Shown here: piece by piece, positions 37,791 to 52,299 of the stretch
How positions within the stretch are numbered: the first letter of the stretch is position 1
Layout: each line of letters opens with the position of its first letter
Assembly: GCA_028534125.1 (NCBI GenBank)
Contig: CM052817.1
Span: forward strand, 48,362,001 to 48,426,000
Reading direction: 5' to 3'
DNA length: 64,000 nucleotides
Origin: Lama glama
Lineage: Eukaryota
Program-made: the position numbers and the translations under genes
Notes under the pieces: generated by a model
Told to the model about the DNA's origin: nothing
The model's database searches: none
What the model saw: the letters and a program-made list of their open reading frames with translations, nothing else

Positions 37791-40700
37791 TATACTTCAC
37801 CATTTCAGTGGTTATCAAAACCTCTCTCAGAGAGGGTGTAGACAAAGGTATAAAAGAAATCTGTCATTTTGCTATTTTCCATAAGCAAGAAAAATGCTAA
37901 TACAGAAAATGGAGTGTGATGATTACATGTAAAATACAGATATCTACATTATCTGTAATTCCTGAATATAAGAGATGCAGTGCTTTCTCCTTCCTGATTA
38001 GCCAGGCAGTAACTTACACTGAGACACATTTATTAGACACCAAACATGCCTTCTCCTACCTAATTTTATGCTGACCATTTAGCATTTACAAACGACAAAC
38101 AATGGTACAAAGAGATAAAAATCTAAAATTTTTCTATTTAAGGTAAACTGACCTCCAAATTCTCTACCAGCTGACGACCATATCCTTACTGTTTTAGTGC
38201 AGCCTAATGCCATGGTTTTTGTGGAAAACAGAATTAAGCCAGCAAATGAAAACCAGTAGCACCACCTACAGCTAATGAAAAGATTTTCACTCTTTCCTGT
38301 TAATTTCTCTCCACCACCATTACTCTACCATTTAAAAGAATTCCTAAGTTTCTCCATATCAACATTTAAACAAAGCATTGTGACAATTATACTGTGTTAA
38401 CTTACTACTTTATATTTTATGCTTTCATTAGCAGATGAGAAAACAACTTCTGCTTCATATCTCTGTATGAAGAGTAGGGGGTGGGGCAGAGCATTATCCC
38501 AGTTATTTATAAATTACATAAAGAGATCTGGAAAGAATCCAAGAGGTGTTTACAAGCAAACTCTATTGTAAAACCAAGATTTGATCCTTATTTTATAAAG
38601 GGGATCTTACTAATGATCATGGAAACCAAATGAATCAAGGCAACTTTTTTTTTTTTAAATCAGTTATTTCTCACATGCTGTGGTGTTTCCTTACTTGCAC
38701 CCACATAACACCATGTACAATGCCAGGCCTCTCCCTGGGAGAATGTCTCTACTTTGTTACAGTATATACACATACATATCTCCTTACTTCCCAATACCTC
38801 TGTTTAAAGGAATACTCAGAAGCAGGCACCTGAGATTCTGGCACAGTGACAAGAAACTCATCTACATAGAGTGGAAAAGTAGGTCCTACTACTAAACATT
38901 AATTTATAATAACAATTGTGTACAGTGTACTACTGTATAAGGCTTAAATGAGCAAAAACAATTTCTCACTTTTCTCTCCACACTTGGCTATTGCAACCCC
39001 TTGATTACTAGGTTGATATGAGGTTAGATGCAGTATGGAAGACTACTTGAATAATCATGTGGTTCATTTTCCTAGTTAGATAGGACCAAAGAATCACTAG
39101 ATACCAAATTTTATTTGTGAATCAAACCACAGTGGCTGATATTACATATATGCATACTAAAAGATTTGTTTTAAGGAAATCAGCTAGTTCTCACTGAAGT
39201 TTATTAAGTATTGCGAGTGAATGTCCAGTATTATTTGTTTCTGCCAGGCTTTCCTGTTACTTCTACTGTTGGTACTTGGAGAATGATTGCTAGAAATGAA
39301 ATGGAGAAAAAGGCAGTTCCTAATGATCATAATTGTAATGGCATTAAACTGTATCACTGCTCTACATGTTAATGGTAAAAACAAACTGATTTCATCTTAG
39401 ATTCTTTTCTACTGTTTTTAGTCTATACAATTTCAGAGCAAGATTTCTATTCTACAAGGAGAAAAGTATATATTTCTAACTGAAGGAAGAGGATATATTT
39501 CTAAGTGAAGAAAACAGATTTACTAGCAATGACAAAATTAAAACTGGAAGTCTAAAAAGGACATTTCTCAAGAGTAACACCAAAGTGAAAAACATTAATA
39601 TTTATTTTAAAAACTAAGTTTCTGAACTTTTTACTTACAGGAATAGTTCACTAGAGAGTCATGGCAAAAAAAAATGTAAAAGTTAATAACTACTAATTTA
39701 GCACTTTGTTTGATATCACTGCACAGAAAAAGATTTCCTTTCACAGTGGAAAAATCAGAAGTCAGAATACTTCAAATTGGGCCTAAAATAAGCAAAGAAG
39801 GTACTGTATCATTTTAAAATGACAGGCAAACACCAGCTCCATTCACTGAATGGAAATGCTGGAAAGTGATCAATTTCCCTAAACAGTCCTTAAATTCCAT
39901 GTTTATATCTATACCTAAAATTAATAATTTATTTTTAACTTCTCATGGAAGTCGATTCCTAAAAGGAAGTCTCTAAGACTTTGTTTACAAGGTACTGATT
40001 AAAATCTTCATGCCATTCTACTCAAGGGTTCTGAGACAGGGCTTTCTTGAATTTGACTCCTCATATTTAATCCCATCCATAATGTCCCATACAAACTAAC
40101 CCCCACCTCCCCCCAACCAAACACACACTCCTATCCCCTCCTCTTCAAAGTAGAAGGGGATTCTGCAGACTTATGGCTCATTTGGCAATTGCTAAGAAAC
40201 CTCACAGTTCAGCATCACCTCTGAAGATGGCAAACCTCTATATAACCTGAATTTTCACACCTACAGTGCAGTTAACATGTAGAAAGAAGCCAAAATGTAA
40301 TGGGTATTACATTTCAACATCTTCAAGTTTCAATATCACAGATATCAAGAGATGGAAAAGACCTGCTTGTAGAACTTTAAGCATCTGTTGAACAGAATTA
40401 CCGTAATATCAAAAATAATTAAGAAATACTAATTTTTTATGCTCTACATGCACACCTTTACAAATTGTGTTTCTTTAATGTAGTAAAAGCTGGAGATCAC
40501 CAATTTAGGTAAATTATGGCTTTTATCAATAGATATTTTAAAACATGCATCAGTAAGTGCCCTGGGTAGTAATCCTAATATTGTTTCAAGCCCTGTTCAG
40601 TTCTGTGTCTGTGCTTTGCACCTCAGAAGTGAGCCTGCCAAGGCACTTAAAAACATAAGTCTTTTGGGGATTTCAAAAATCTGCCACAATTTGCACAATG

Positions 40701-41012
40701 GAGAACCCCCATCCATCAGCAGTCCAATCAATAAGCATTTTCTTTCAACATACAATATTATCAAAAGTTCCCCCAAGTTAAAAAAAAAATACTGTATGCC
40801 ACTAAGACAAAATTTATCCCTATCAAATGTATGTTCTTGGCTTCCTCTAGCAATAGAATATGGTTTCATTTATTCAGAATAAAGAAAAAGGAGCCCAAAC
40901 AAATCCCCCAAACCTAACACAAAAACAACCAAGATAAAAATAAAATACAATAAAATCCAAATACACTCCACACAGCTTCATTTGAGGAACAATTTGCCAG
41001 CTCTGCATCCTT

Positions 41013-41090
41013 TTATCTGTCCTTTGAGGTGAGTTTTTCAATCAGTTCTTGGAGTGGTGCAAGTTCTCTTCTATCAATAAGGTTGAATTC
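41013..41090 (-). CDS. MOB1B: MOB1B coding exon 6 (78 nt including TAA)
   Basis: TAG acceptor; EFNLIDRRELAPLQELIEKLTSKDR-stop. Exons 2-6 plus a 14-nt coding exon 1 would give 216 aa. Confidence 0.97.
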   Translation of the reverse strand, partial: EFNLIDRRELAPLQELIEKLTSKDR

Positions 41091-43500
41091 CTATGCATGA
41101 CAGAGGCAGAAGAAACAGGAAAAACGCATTACTTACATCTTACTCCAAAACAGATTTCCATTAACATTTGTCAGATGTTTTTTCAAAAGAATTTTTTTTC
41201 TATTCCCTAGCTCTGTGTCAGGCAAATCAATTAACCACTTCTGATATGTTTTATATCTGTAAAAATTTTAGGGTAAATCCTCCCACCTAATAAGATTATT
41301 GTACGAACTAAATGTGATACTGTGTGTTAACCACTTCATGTAATCCCTCACACAAAGTAAACACTCAATAAATGAGAGTTGCTGCTTCCTGTTAAAAGGA
41401 ATAACTTAGGCACCATTTGTCAAAGAAACAGGGTCTAAAAAATCTAGCATCTCAGGCAACTTTCAGTACTATATGAAGAGTAAATAAGTTAGTTTATGTC
41501 CTAAACGAACATACATGCAAGCTACCATAATATGTGGTATGAGAATAGCATGAATAATACGGAGTCCACAAATGATAAATAAAATCCTATAAAGAACAAA
41601 TAAGAAAGCCTGTGTTTATGTACGTCTTTAGAAGTTCCACTACAGTCATTCTGAAATTCTATTCTGAATAGATTTCCCCTGAACAATAAATTATAAGGCT
41701 AACGAATAGAGGCTATCAAACCTCTGATCTTTTGATATTCTGCCATGGTGGGGCTTTCTGAGTTCCCAGTTATACTCATTTATTAGCATCCACCATGTGC
41801 CAAGCATTACAGTAAGTACTGGAGAGAAGCATTAAAAGGTACTTAATAGCAAGCCTACTCCTAAAATTTGTGGGGTCTGGACCAAGAACACAAATGGATA
41901 TATATCACATGACTAAGTTATTTTATTTTACATTAAACTAATATATTAATATATTGTTAATATATATTTGATTCTCCTGCATTGACATATGTATACCTTC
42001 ACAGTGGCCAGGAAACAGATTCAAATTTTGAATTCTTAAGATAGTTCAGGATTCTGTACTGGAAAGCAGTGACATAAAGAGCCAGTCCCTGGTCCTCAGC
42101 AAACCTCCCCGATCTACCTAACCCCAGTTCCTCCTGCACTTCAAAGGGCCTCACATGCCCTTTGTGTGGACATCCTGGTGGGCTTATAAAGACAATGTCC
42201 ATGCAACTTACAACCAACTGCCATCTGGGTATTCCTAAGGTCTAGAGGTATGGATATGCATCAGAGATAGGACCTTCCCTCGAAAGAGAGAACCAAAGGA
42301 AAAGATCCATATAGACCCTAGAAATACACTTGGGACCATGTGGGCAGGGAATTCTGAATCTCAGAATGCCACATGTTAATCTCGTTCTATTTGCTAGGAG
42401 TTATCATACAGTAAGGTAAAACTAAAACTGTCTGGTGGGAGAATATCCTCTCCCAAACCACTAAAACCTCAAGCAGTTATGTTCTGCCTAAACCAAAGCA
42501 TGGATGCAAACTTTAGGATAACATTTTCTTTGTTTCTATGGGTGTCTGTAGAAGCGATACGACAGTAAAGTAACTGCTCAGAGCAACAGTTTTGGCAAGT
42601 TATGATCTCCTAAAATTTGTTTGTATAGGTGAAATTAAAATATGAAATGTGTGCCCTGTGTGTGAGGAGTGTGTATAGAGGGAAAATAGACAGATTTTTC
42701 TTTTTGGAGATGGGCATAGGGAAAGTATTATCAGTTTATGCCCACAGATATACAAATACAACACAGATTCAAGCCTTGGACTTCTCCTGCTTACCATCTC
42801 CCTTCTCCAACCTCCACCAAAAAAACAGTTGGTCAGCTTATGCATTTCTACCTCCTTTTCACTCCTACCTGTTAGTTCTGTAATTATTATAGGAGGGCAA
42901 GAATAGCCTCACTCCTCTAAGTCTACATCTCTAAGGCCAGTTCTCTGAGAACTAAAGAGAGAAGAAAGAGGAGGTCAACTAAGGAGGCAGATCAAAGATT
43001 AATGGACTTCTGGAATATGAATGTTCTTTGAGACATTTTTCCCCCTTTGGAATAATGGACAGTACCTAACTTAAAAATTACTTGATATATTGTTTTAAAA
43101 AGGAAGAAAAAAAGGTGTGATACTTAAGAGTCCATTTCCAGGCCAGAGTATGCTAAAGAAAGTCCAGAGTAGACAGGAACTGAGGGTTAAGAGAAGTAGG
43201 AGATGTGCTCAGAGACCAAGTTCATGTATATGTCTACCAAACTAGCCAGGTTTCATATTGAGTTGCTCCATTACGGCCTGTGAACTGAAGCAAATCCAAG
43301 CTAAGACCTCTCAGATTCACTGTAGACTTGCAATGGAATCAGAAACCAAAGGCCAGTCTCTGTCATCATGGCATGTATTAAAGAGGATGGAGACAAGAGA
43401 GATACGGCAAATTTTATCCTGACGTTGTGGATTCATTCACCTCATAACACTGCAGATAACTGCTTTCACTGAGGAAAAACAACCTCCTAATCCAACTTAC

Positions 43501-43664
43501 CTGGACAAAAAAAATAAAGTGCTTGAAAGATGTATTGAGATGTGCTTCCTCCTGAAGCTGGATCACAGGGTCAAAATGCTGATGATAAATGTGAGCATAA
43601 ACCCTAAAGAGGCGTTTGAGTATAGTTTTTGCCACAGACATGAAATTTTTCGGGAATGGGACAC
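43501..43664 (-). CDS. MOB1B: MOB1B coding exon 5 (164 nt)
   Basis: TAG acceptor, GTAAG donor; [54 protein letters not shown]. Confidence 0.98.
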
Positions 43665-44319
43665 CTAGAAAATAGATACACAATCCCTTCTATTAAAAAC
43701 AAGAGACAAGAGCAAAGCAATATGAGTTTGTCAGCAAATGGTAACATAAATTACCAAGACAAGGCTGAAAATAAGAAGTATTTGTGAATTACTACTTAAT
43801 ATACCTGTTGTACTTTTCAGATGTTCTCAATATATCATGAATGATAATAAACGTTAACACTTCTATGGAATAAGAACTAGTCTTCAACATAGCCCTTTAG
43901 GTCTCTAATGTATCACCACTTTACCAAAATGAAACTTATAAATGCCTAAGATGGTAATGGGGCTAAAACTCATACTCAGATCTTCAGATTACTTATGCTG
44001 AACACAAATAATGTATTAATCATGTTCAGTTTTGTTTAAAATGCCTGTAATATATTTTTTTCTATGGAAATGTTTTCATTACTACTCCAGATCTACATTT
44101 ACCTGAAATTAGCTGCAGTCTCTGCTCAATTAGAGAGATTTCTTTTATGAATTGAGCACTTTTACAGCATTAAACAAATACAAAACTGGAAAAATACAAA
44201 ATTCCATATCCTTTGTTAAACTGGCTAAATGATCCAGATTGGCAAAACACAACCAAACACCAGTACTTCTGGACTCAATGTCATCACATTGCCTACTGCT
44301 CATTTAAAAATAGTATATA

Positions 44320-44860
44320 GGTCACAAGAAAACATAAGACAAACCAAAATGAAGGAACACTATATAAAATAGTATGCCTATACTCTTCAAAAAATGTCAG
44401 TGGTCATGAAAGATGAAAAAAGACTGAAGTATACGTATTTCACATTAAAGTAGGCTAAAGAGACATGGCACTGAATGAAAATAAATGTCAAACATTTTCT
44501 TTTGCTATAAAGGTTATGACTAGGAAATACTGAAAGATCTGAATAAGATGTATAAATTGGACAACAGTATTGTATCAGTGTTAATTTCTTGATTTTGATG
44601 GTTATACTGTGATTTTCTAAGGAAATACACATTGAAGCACATACAGGTAAAGGGACATCATATATGCAACTTACTCTCAAACAGTTTAGGAAAAAGAGAG
44701 AATGTGGGGTGGGGAGAGATGGAGAGGGAGAGAGAAATCAAATGTGTTAAAATGTTGGCAACTGAAGAATCTGGAAGAAGGATATATAAGGATTCTTTGC
44801 ACGATTCTTACAAATTTTCTAAAAGTCTGAAATTGGGTTAAAATAGAAAATTAACAAATA
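44320..44860 (+). mobile_element. L1MC-like 3' fragment
   Basis: tactcttcaaaaatgtcagtggtcatgaaaga; tgtatcagtgttaatttcttgattttgat; tgcaacttactctcaaa. Confidence 0.7.
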
Positions 44861-45713
44861 TATTATGGAAGATAAAAAATAAGATGAGGGCACTTATCCC
44901 AAACCATTACTATGTATATAAGAAATGCAGTGTAGAAAAGTAGTAGACCTTTTATTACAAAAGCTTCAAATAGTTAAAGCATTCAATAAATGTGTTTAAA
45001 ACAACCCATAATAACAGCAAATATTTACACTGCTGTCTCCTCCACCACATACTTCTCCCCAAAACTAAAAAAAGCATAAAATACAGTCAAAAAGCCAAGA
45101 AGGGCAAATTCTTAATTTTTTCAGAAAACAAAGTTCTAAAGAGTTTGACATGGTAAAATCATATGAACTGTCTAAATGTAAACAATTTCCACTTGAAAGG
45201 TCAGTCCTCCTTAAGAACAAATATTAAAAAAGCAAGTGTCACACAGTTGATAACAGGCTCACCCCTCAAATCTTCTTGTTTTCTTCTCACCTAGCCTGAC
45301 TTCACAGTTTGTAAGGTTCACACTGTGGGTCATGAATACAAAAACCCTCTTTGCCATAAGAATAATGTATAACTGGTTTAAGGCATATAAACTCCCTTCC
45401 CAAACAAAAAAATGGATATGACTACAGCAGATGATCCAACGTCTAGTCTCTTTTTTTCCTAACACAGGCCAAATTTGTTACTATCCAAGATGCACTGAAG
45501 TTCTTACCATTTAAAATTATAGGGAGGTTTACTTTAATGTTCATGACAAACTTGGTGTAAAAAAGATAGGACTCTTTAAAGTATATAACATTAGGAATAT
45601 TTTGATAGGTATGGTAATTTAGCATGGTTCCTGGAATAGAGAGCCAATAAGCCCTAGAAATGTGTGAAATTACATAAATCACGATGGATCCCAGTTATAC
45701 AAAACAGTTATAC

Positions 45714-45847
45714 CTATTTTTGATGGAAATAATGTCTCATCATCCAACTGGTCCTGAACCCAAGTCATCAGGTAATCAATATACTTTGGTGCAGAGCACT
45801 TAATAGGCTTCTTTATGTTTGTTCCATCTGCCCAATGATACTCATAT
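45714..45847 (-). CDS. MOB1B: MOB1B coding exon 4 (134 nt)
   Basis: CAG acceptor, GTATA donor; YEYHWADGTNIKKPIKCSAPKYIDYLMTWVQDQLDDETLFPSKIG. Confidence 0.98.
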
Positions 45848-48399
45848 CTGTAGTAGAAAGATAAAAAGCACACAGACCATCAGTATATACCTATACATAG
45901 TGTGTATATTTTTTAAATTACATATGTATGTTTATTATGAATGTATTCAGGATATATTTTAAACAATCTGCTCCTCCAAAAAAAGATTTTTTGCATATGA
46001 CATTTAAATCTAGCCATTTTTAAATTGGTACTGGACTGTTCTGCATTTATCAGAATGCAACCTAAGCAGATCCCATCAAACTCATTTTTTATGAGCTTTC
46101 CTTCATATATAGCATTTGTATTTTAGAATCACACATAGTATAAATTACCATAGTAGAAAACCTTTTTTACCTCCCATCTTTATGATTATTTTTCTTCTTC
46201 AAAAAACATTTCTCTTTAGGCAGTACAATTCTTTTTAACTTGGGGCTTTAAATTGTGGGTTAAGGATAGAGAATAACACAGACATGTCAAAGTAAGGTGA
46301 ATGTAGAAGAGAATGATTTTATTTGAATACATTTGGTTGAGGAGCTAAACATGCCTTTGAGGAAAACTGGCAACCCAAATAAAGACGCCTATAGTATTTG
46401 GGTATTAACCTAACACTGTCCTTTGGTATAATAAACATTTAATGCGCACCTACCATGTGAGAAATACTGTGTCAAGGAATACTGTTCTTGAACAAGGGAC
46501 ACTAAGATGAAAGACATTTTCTCTACTCTCAAGGAGAAGAGACAGAGAAGACAAACTTGTAAATAAGCATGTAAAAATAGTACAACAGAATGCTAATAAA
46601 TTACATACATACATACAAACACACACACACAACCACAACCTGATTTTTAAGATAAGAAATAAGCATGCAGCTAAAACTCTAAAGTATAAAAATGTCTAAA
46701 CTGAACTAGCATTTAGTTTTTTAGTTTCTGAAAGGCTCTCTCTCCCACTTCGCTTCTCTCTTCAAATCAACTGTGTTTTTCTAGCCTCATCCCAGAGTTT
46801 GAACTGATATAATGATGGGTGAGTAAGCCTAGTAAAGGAACTGAAGGGAATATAATGGAAAAATATGACAGGGTATTTTAAACAATGAAAATTATCTTGC
46901 AATAGGATACATAAGGATGCTTCCTATTTAATCATAGCTACTTACATTTGAACAGTAAACCTTAAACAGGATATACGTGAATAAACTTTCTAACAGCATA
47001 CCTTATTGCCAACCCTGGGCAACAGGGATGCAAGTCAAGTCTACTTTGAAGGTCTCCAAGTGGAGATTCCCCGACATTTCTTGGCATCCTGTTCCACTAT
47101 TTAATCACTTTCACAGTCAAGAGAATCTTCCTAATATAAAACAAGTCTTGACTGACTTAAGCCCATTCTTGTTTCAATCTCTCAGGAGACAGAAAACATG
47201 ACTTTTAACTATCATTACTTATCCTTCTTAAAGACAGGAACTCACCCATGTCTTCTCCCTTATGTTAAGAAACCTTAATGTCTTTACCTTTCCCTTATAG
47301 TCATGTTTTCCATTTTGTTAATGATCCTCAGGTGTTCCATAGTCATTTTTAAATGCAAAAATCAAAAGCAGACAGAGTAAGCAAAAAAATCATTTTCAAT
47401 ATCCTGAAGCTTTATAAAAAATACCAATTTTCAATGTCTTAAGGATTTTTTAAAAATAAAACAAAAGTATATTGCTTATACTTCTAGAGTTTATGAATGT
47501 GATTCCCTGATTCTTTTTCTTTTGCCATGTTTATACTTAAGATGACTTCATCTTGTAACTCTATTTTGCCCCCATTGACTTTTTAATTCCACCTCTGACA
47601 GACTACTGTCTTTGAAATTTATTTCTGTTATCATGGTACGAACTTATAAACTGCAAATTCTAAAATACTCATTTCTTAGTTAATAATAATAAATAATAAC
47701 TAGGAAAAAATTCTATGAGCCATCACTCAGTACCACTTTGCAAGGAACCAGTGCTAATCAGCTTTTTTAACCAGCTATTGGCAAATACTTCTCCGTGGTA
47801 CAATCCTGAGCATCTGCTGGTAAAGATGGTAAACCACGGCAACAACTACATCTTCTCAGCACTAACAATGGGCAAAAGTTAAGGCTCTCCCAAAAAAAAA
47901 AAAAAAGGAAGGAAGAAGGGCAGGTAGAAGAAGAGGTGGAGGGAGGAAAGAAAGGAAGTTAGGGGGATGGAAGGAAGGAGATCACTTCTCATTTTTGTAG
48001 TATCTATAGAGATCCTGTGCCTGTTACTTCTGAAAATGTAGGCACATTCCTCCTACACCAGCCATTTAGATAACGTTTCTCTGGGGAAAGTGACAAGGGC
48101 AGTATTCTAACTGGCAGTAATTCTTCCTAGTTCACAGGAACAGGATATTGGTGTAATATCAGAAAAACCTCCCAGTAAAATACTAGTCAACTAGAAAAGG
48201 GGAAAAAATGACAAATTTTAGGTGAAGAAAACTCGCAGACACTAACATGAAAAGGCAGTCAGGATTAACATCAACGGTGATGGGATGGTCCACGTATACG
48301 CCTCCTCACATGATCCCCTGACAAAGAAGGTATCATTTCTGTGGTGTTCCACCAAAAATGCACCGCCTGAATGTGATCATAAGGAAAATTCAGACAGAC

Positions 48400-48917
48400 T
48401 GTAGCAGGGATCCTGAAAACCACCTCCAAGTGCAGTGATTTGCAAAGAGGACTTACAGAACTCAGCTTCTGGCTGTACTCACAGCTATGATTTATTACAA
48501 TGAAAGAACACAAACCAAAATCACCAAAAGTGGCAAAGTCCAGAGGAAACCAGACACTTGCTTTCAAGAGTCTTCTCCCTGTGGAATCACACAGGCCACA
48601 CTTTATTCTCTGAAAATTGACATGTGTTAAATACTTCCCACCAGGGAAGCTTATTAGAGACTCAATGTCTGGGTTTTCTACTGGGGGATGGCCAAGTAGG
48701 CATCTCTGCATAGCACATACTAAAATTCCACACTTCAGAAGGAAAGCATAACCTATACTGTATGTACAAAAATGGCACAGAGAGCCACTCTTAAAAGTTA
48801 GGGTGATAGGAACTCTTCAAAATTCCAAGTTCCCAGATGCCATCCAAGGGTCAACTTGGTAAATAGGCCTTTAAAAAGATGGCAGTCAGAATTGCAATGT
48901 TAACTCTTGTCTGTACA
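48400..48917 (-). mobile_element. MER21-like LTR nested in an old L1 3' fragment (about 48180-49360, +)
   Basis: TGT...ACA ends; MER21-type gactcacagaactcag-like and aagttcccagatgcc motifs; minus-strand AATAAA. Confidence 0.7.
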
Positions 48918-49874
48918 AAAGCCAATATGGGGAAAGACGGAGGAACTCTTCTAGATTCAAGGTACCAGAAGAGATAAGTCAAATAAATGAAGAACATACT
49001 CCTAGATAGGATCCTGGACCAGAAAGGAAAAACTGAGATGTTGCTGAGGCTGCTGATGAATGGTGAATGGTGTCTATTGACAGGAGGAAGTGATCCGGAG
49101 GGTTCATATTCTGGTTATGTCAAAGTGTATCCCTGTTTTTGGAAAATACAGCTGAAATATGTAGGAGTAAAGGGGCATAATGTATACAACTTGTTCAAAG
49201 GGTTCAGAAAAATTAATGTTAATGAGTATACATTTAGAGGGAGTAGGTGATGAAGCAGGTACAGTAAATTATGTTTATAACTAGGGAACCGGGGTGAAAG
49301 GGATATGGGAATTCGTTGAGCTATTCTGGCAACTTTTCTGTACACTTAAAACCACATGAACTTTCAAAGTTTGAAACAGTTTAAAAACAAGTCCTTTTCA
49401 AAAGAATTACCTTAGGAAATATTCAAACCGTATTATTCTGAACATCACTGACGATGGCAAAAAGTCAATTCTTTTTAAAAAGGACTGGATTCTGAGAAAC
49501 ATCTAAACTCATTTGGAATCAATCTGTGGCATAGGTTGATTACTCCAACTAGGTAATACTTTGTTCAACATGTGAACCGGTCAAAAAGTAAAGCAGGACT
49601 ATTAAGTAATAAAACTAAATCTCTTGGGTAGTTATTTGACTCTGACACTACAATTTAAATCTACCAAAAATATTATGAGCAATGAAAACATTAGTAGAGT
49701 ATGTGGTGAGCAATCAAAGTCACTACTTCTAATGGTAACACTCCTAGGCAACAGTAAGTTTGGGCAGTTTGTTTTATTGTTTTGTTTTAATATTTAAATC
49801 TTGGATATAACTGCGGTGGGGGGGAGAGAGAATGTACTTTATAAAAAGTCAGTACTAAAAATTAAAACTTATTT

Positions 49875-51982
49875 CCTTACAGGGGTCCCAGAAGGAAAAG
49901 AGACAGAAAAGGGGCAAAAGATTTATTAGAAGAAATATAGCTGAAAACCTCCCTAACCTGGGGAAGGAAACAGACATCCAGGTCCAGGAAGCACAGAGTT
50001 CCAAACAAGATAAACCCAAAGAGGACCACATAGACACATTATAATTAAATAGCAAAAATCAAAGATAAAGAAAGAATCCTAAAAGCAGCAAGAGAAAAGC
50101 AACTAGTTACATACAAGGGATCTCCCATAGGACTATCAGCCAAATTCTCAGCAGAAACTTTGGTGGCCAGAAGGGAGGAGCATGATATATTCAAAGTCAT
50201 AAAAGAAAAGGCCTACAACCAAGAATACTTTACGTGGCAAGGTTTTCCATTCAGATTTGAAGTAAAGATAAAGAGTTTCACAGACAAGCAAAAGCTAAAA
50301 GAGTTCAGGAGCACTAAACTAGCTTTACAAGAAATGTTAAAAGGGTGTCTCTAAACTAAAAGGCAAAGGCTACAACTAGAAATATGAAAATCAGGAAAGG
50401 GAAAATCTCATTGGTAAAAGTAAACATACAGTAAAGATAGCAAATCAACTACTTATAAAGATAACAGAAAGGTTGAAAGAAAAAAGGAGTAAAATCATCT
50501 ACATCTACCATAAGTAGTTAAGGGATACACAAAACAAAAAGATATAAAATATGACATCAAAACCATTAAATGCTTAGGAGGCAAGGGAGTAAAAACATAG
50601 GGGTGGTTATAATGCATTCAAACTCAAGAGATCATCAACTTAGAGTAACCATATATATATGATTGCAATATATGTTATATATCATATATATTATATATAT
50701 AAATATATGGTTGTTATACATGAACCTCATAATAAACAAAAATCAAAAATCTATAATAGATACACAAAAAAGAGAAAGGAATCCAAACATACACTGAAGA
50801 TAGTCATCAAAACACAAGGGAAGAGAGCAAAAGAAGAAAGGAGCAAAAAAGAAATACAAAAACAACCCAAAATCATGAACATGTCAATAAGGACATACAT
50901 ACTGATAATTATTTTAAATGTAAGTGAACTAAATGCTCCAAAAAATAGACACAGAATGGCTAAACAGATACAGAAACAAGACCCATATATATACTGCCTA
51001 CAAGAGACTCACTTCAGATCTAAAGACACACACAGACTGACATTAAGGATATGGAAAAAGGTTTTCTGTGTAAATGGAAACAACAAGAAAGCTGGGGTAG
51101 CAATACTTTTATCAGATAAAACATTTTTTAAAAATTACTGTAATAAGAGACAAAGAAGAACACAGTACATCATGATAAAGGGATCAATCCAACATGAAGA
51201 TACCACATTATAAATATATATGCATCCATCACAGAAGCACCTAAGTACATAAAGCAAATAATCACAGACATAAAGGGAGAAACTGAAAATAATACCTTAA
51301 TAAGTGACAGTAACATCCCATTTATATCAGTGAACAGATCATTCAGACAGAAAATCAGTAAGGAAACACTGGCCTTAAATGACCAGAATATTAGACATCA
51401 AAAAAGGAGCCAAACATTTAAAAAAAAAATCTTGGCTTTTTTTTTTGAGGGGGAAAGTAGTTACTTATTCATTTATTTATTTTTTTTAATGGAGGTACTG
51501 GGGCTTGAACACAGGACCTCATGCATGCTAAGAATGCACTCTACCACTAAGCTATACCCTCACCCAAACATTCTTTTTTGAGTGTATATGGAACATTCTC
51601 CAGAATAGATCACATGCTAGGCCACAACAAAAATCTCAATGTATTTAAAAATATTGAAATCATATCAAGTATCATTTTCAACAAAAATGGTGTAAGACCA
51701 GACATCAAATACTAGAGAAAAACTGCAAAAAACACCAATAGGTGCAATCTAAACAACATGCTACCCAATAAGCAATGGATCACTGAAGAAATCAAAGAGG
51801 AAATTAAAAAAATACCTGGAGACAAATGAAAACAAAAACGTAATGACCCAAAATATAAGGGATGAAGCAAAAGCAGTTCTAGGAGCAAAGTTTATAGCAA
51901 TACAAGCCTGTGTTAAGAAAATAAGAAAATCCTCAAATAATGTATGCTTACGCTGAAAGTAACTAGAAAAATAGAACAAAGA
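49875..51982 (+). mobile_element. L1 internal fragment (ORF1 C-terminal half plus ORF2 endonuclease region)
   Basis: ORF1 peptide (KIKSFTDKQKLKEF) and endonuclease peptides (LNVSELNAP, CLQETHFR, KKAGVAIL), with frameshifts and stops. Confidence 0.92.
51437..51565 (-). mobile_element. tRNA-derived SINE (vic-1-like) nested in the L1
   Basis: Reverse complement gggtgagggtatagcttagtggtagag...tgttcaagccccagtacctcc; caaacatt repeated on both sides. Confidence 0.88.
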
Positions 51983-52021
51983 TAAAGTAAAAATGAGAAG
52001 TGATCATGAATCATGTCTTAC

Positions 52022-52115
52022 TTTGGGCCTGCTGACATCACCGGACAACTTTCTTCAGTACAAAAATCTGTGATTGTTCCATACAGCATGTTGATCTGAT
52101 TGAAGAAATCTACAG
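52022..52115 (-). CDS. MOB1B: MOB1B coding exon 3 (94 nt)
   Basis: CAG acceptor, GTAAG donor; [32 protein letters not shown] (zinc-binding cysteines). Confidence 0.97.
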
Positions 52116-52299
52116 CTGCAAAGCAAATATACATAATAAATAAAAATTAAATTTTACTTTTACTCAAGCAGAATCTTTTATCCAAGCAGAATCTTAGATC
52201 AGTGTTCTTTCCTCAACAAAGAACAGGTGAAAAGCATACAAACAAATATTTGGCTCACAAAACTTAGGAGCTTCTGTTTATTAAGTGACTCCCTTAAGG

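Larger units (their letters stand above)
33800..41012 (-). other. MOB1B: MOB1B long 3' UTR (approximate extent)
   Basis: Repeat-poor AT-rich stretch after the stop codon; candidate minus-strand AATAAA at 34444-34449 and 33821-33826. The end is inferred. Confidence 0.55.

Noticed and set aside
47892..47980. Purine-rich GGAA-like tract
   Set aside because: Ordinary low-complexity sequence grown from an A-run; nothing else supports a function.
50659..51213. 184-aa ORF with endonuclease-like motifs
   Set aside because: Decayed L1 ORF2 with frameshifts, not a host gene.
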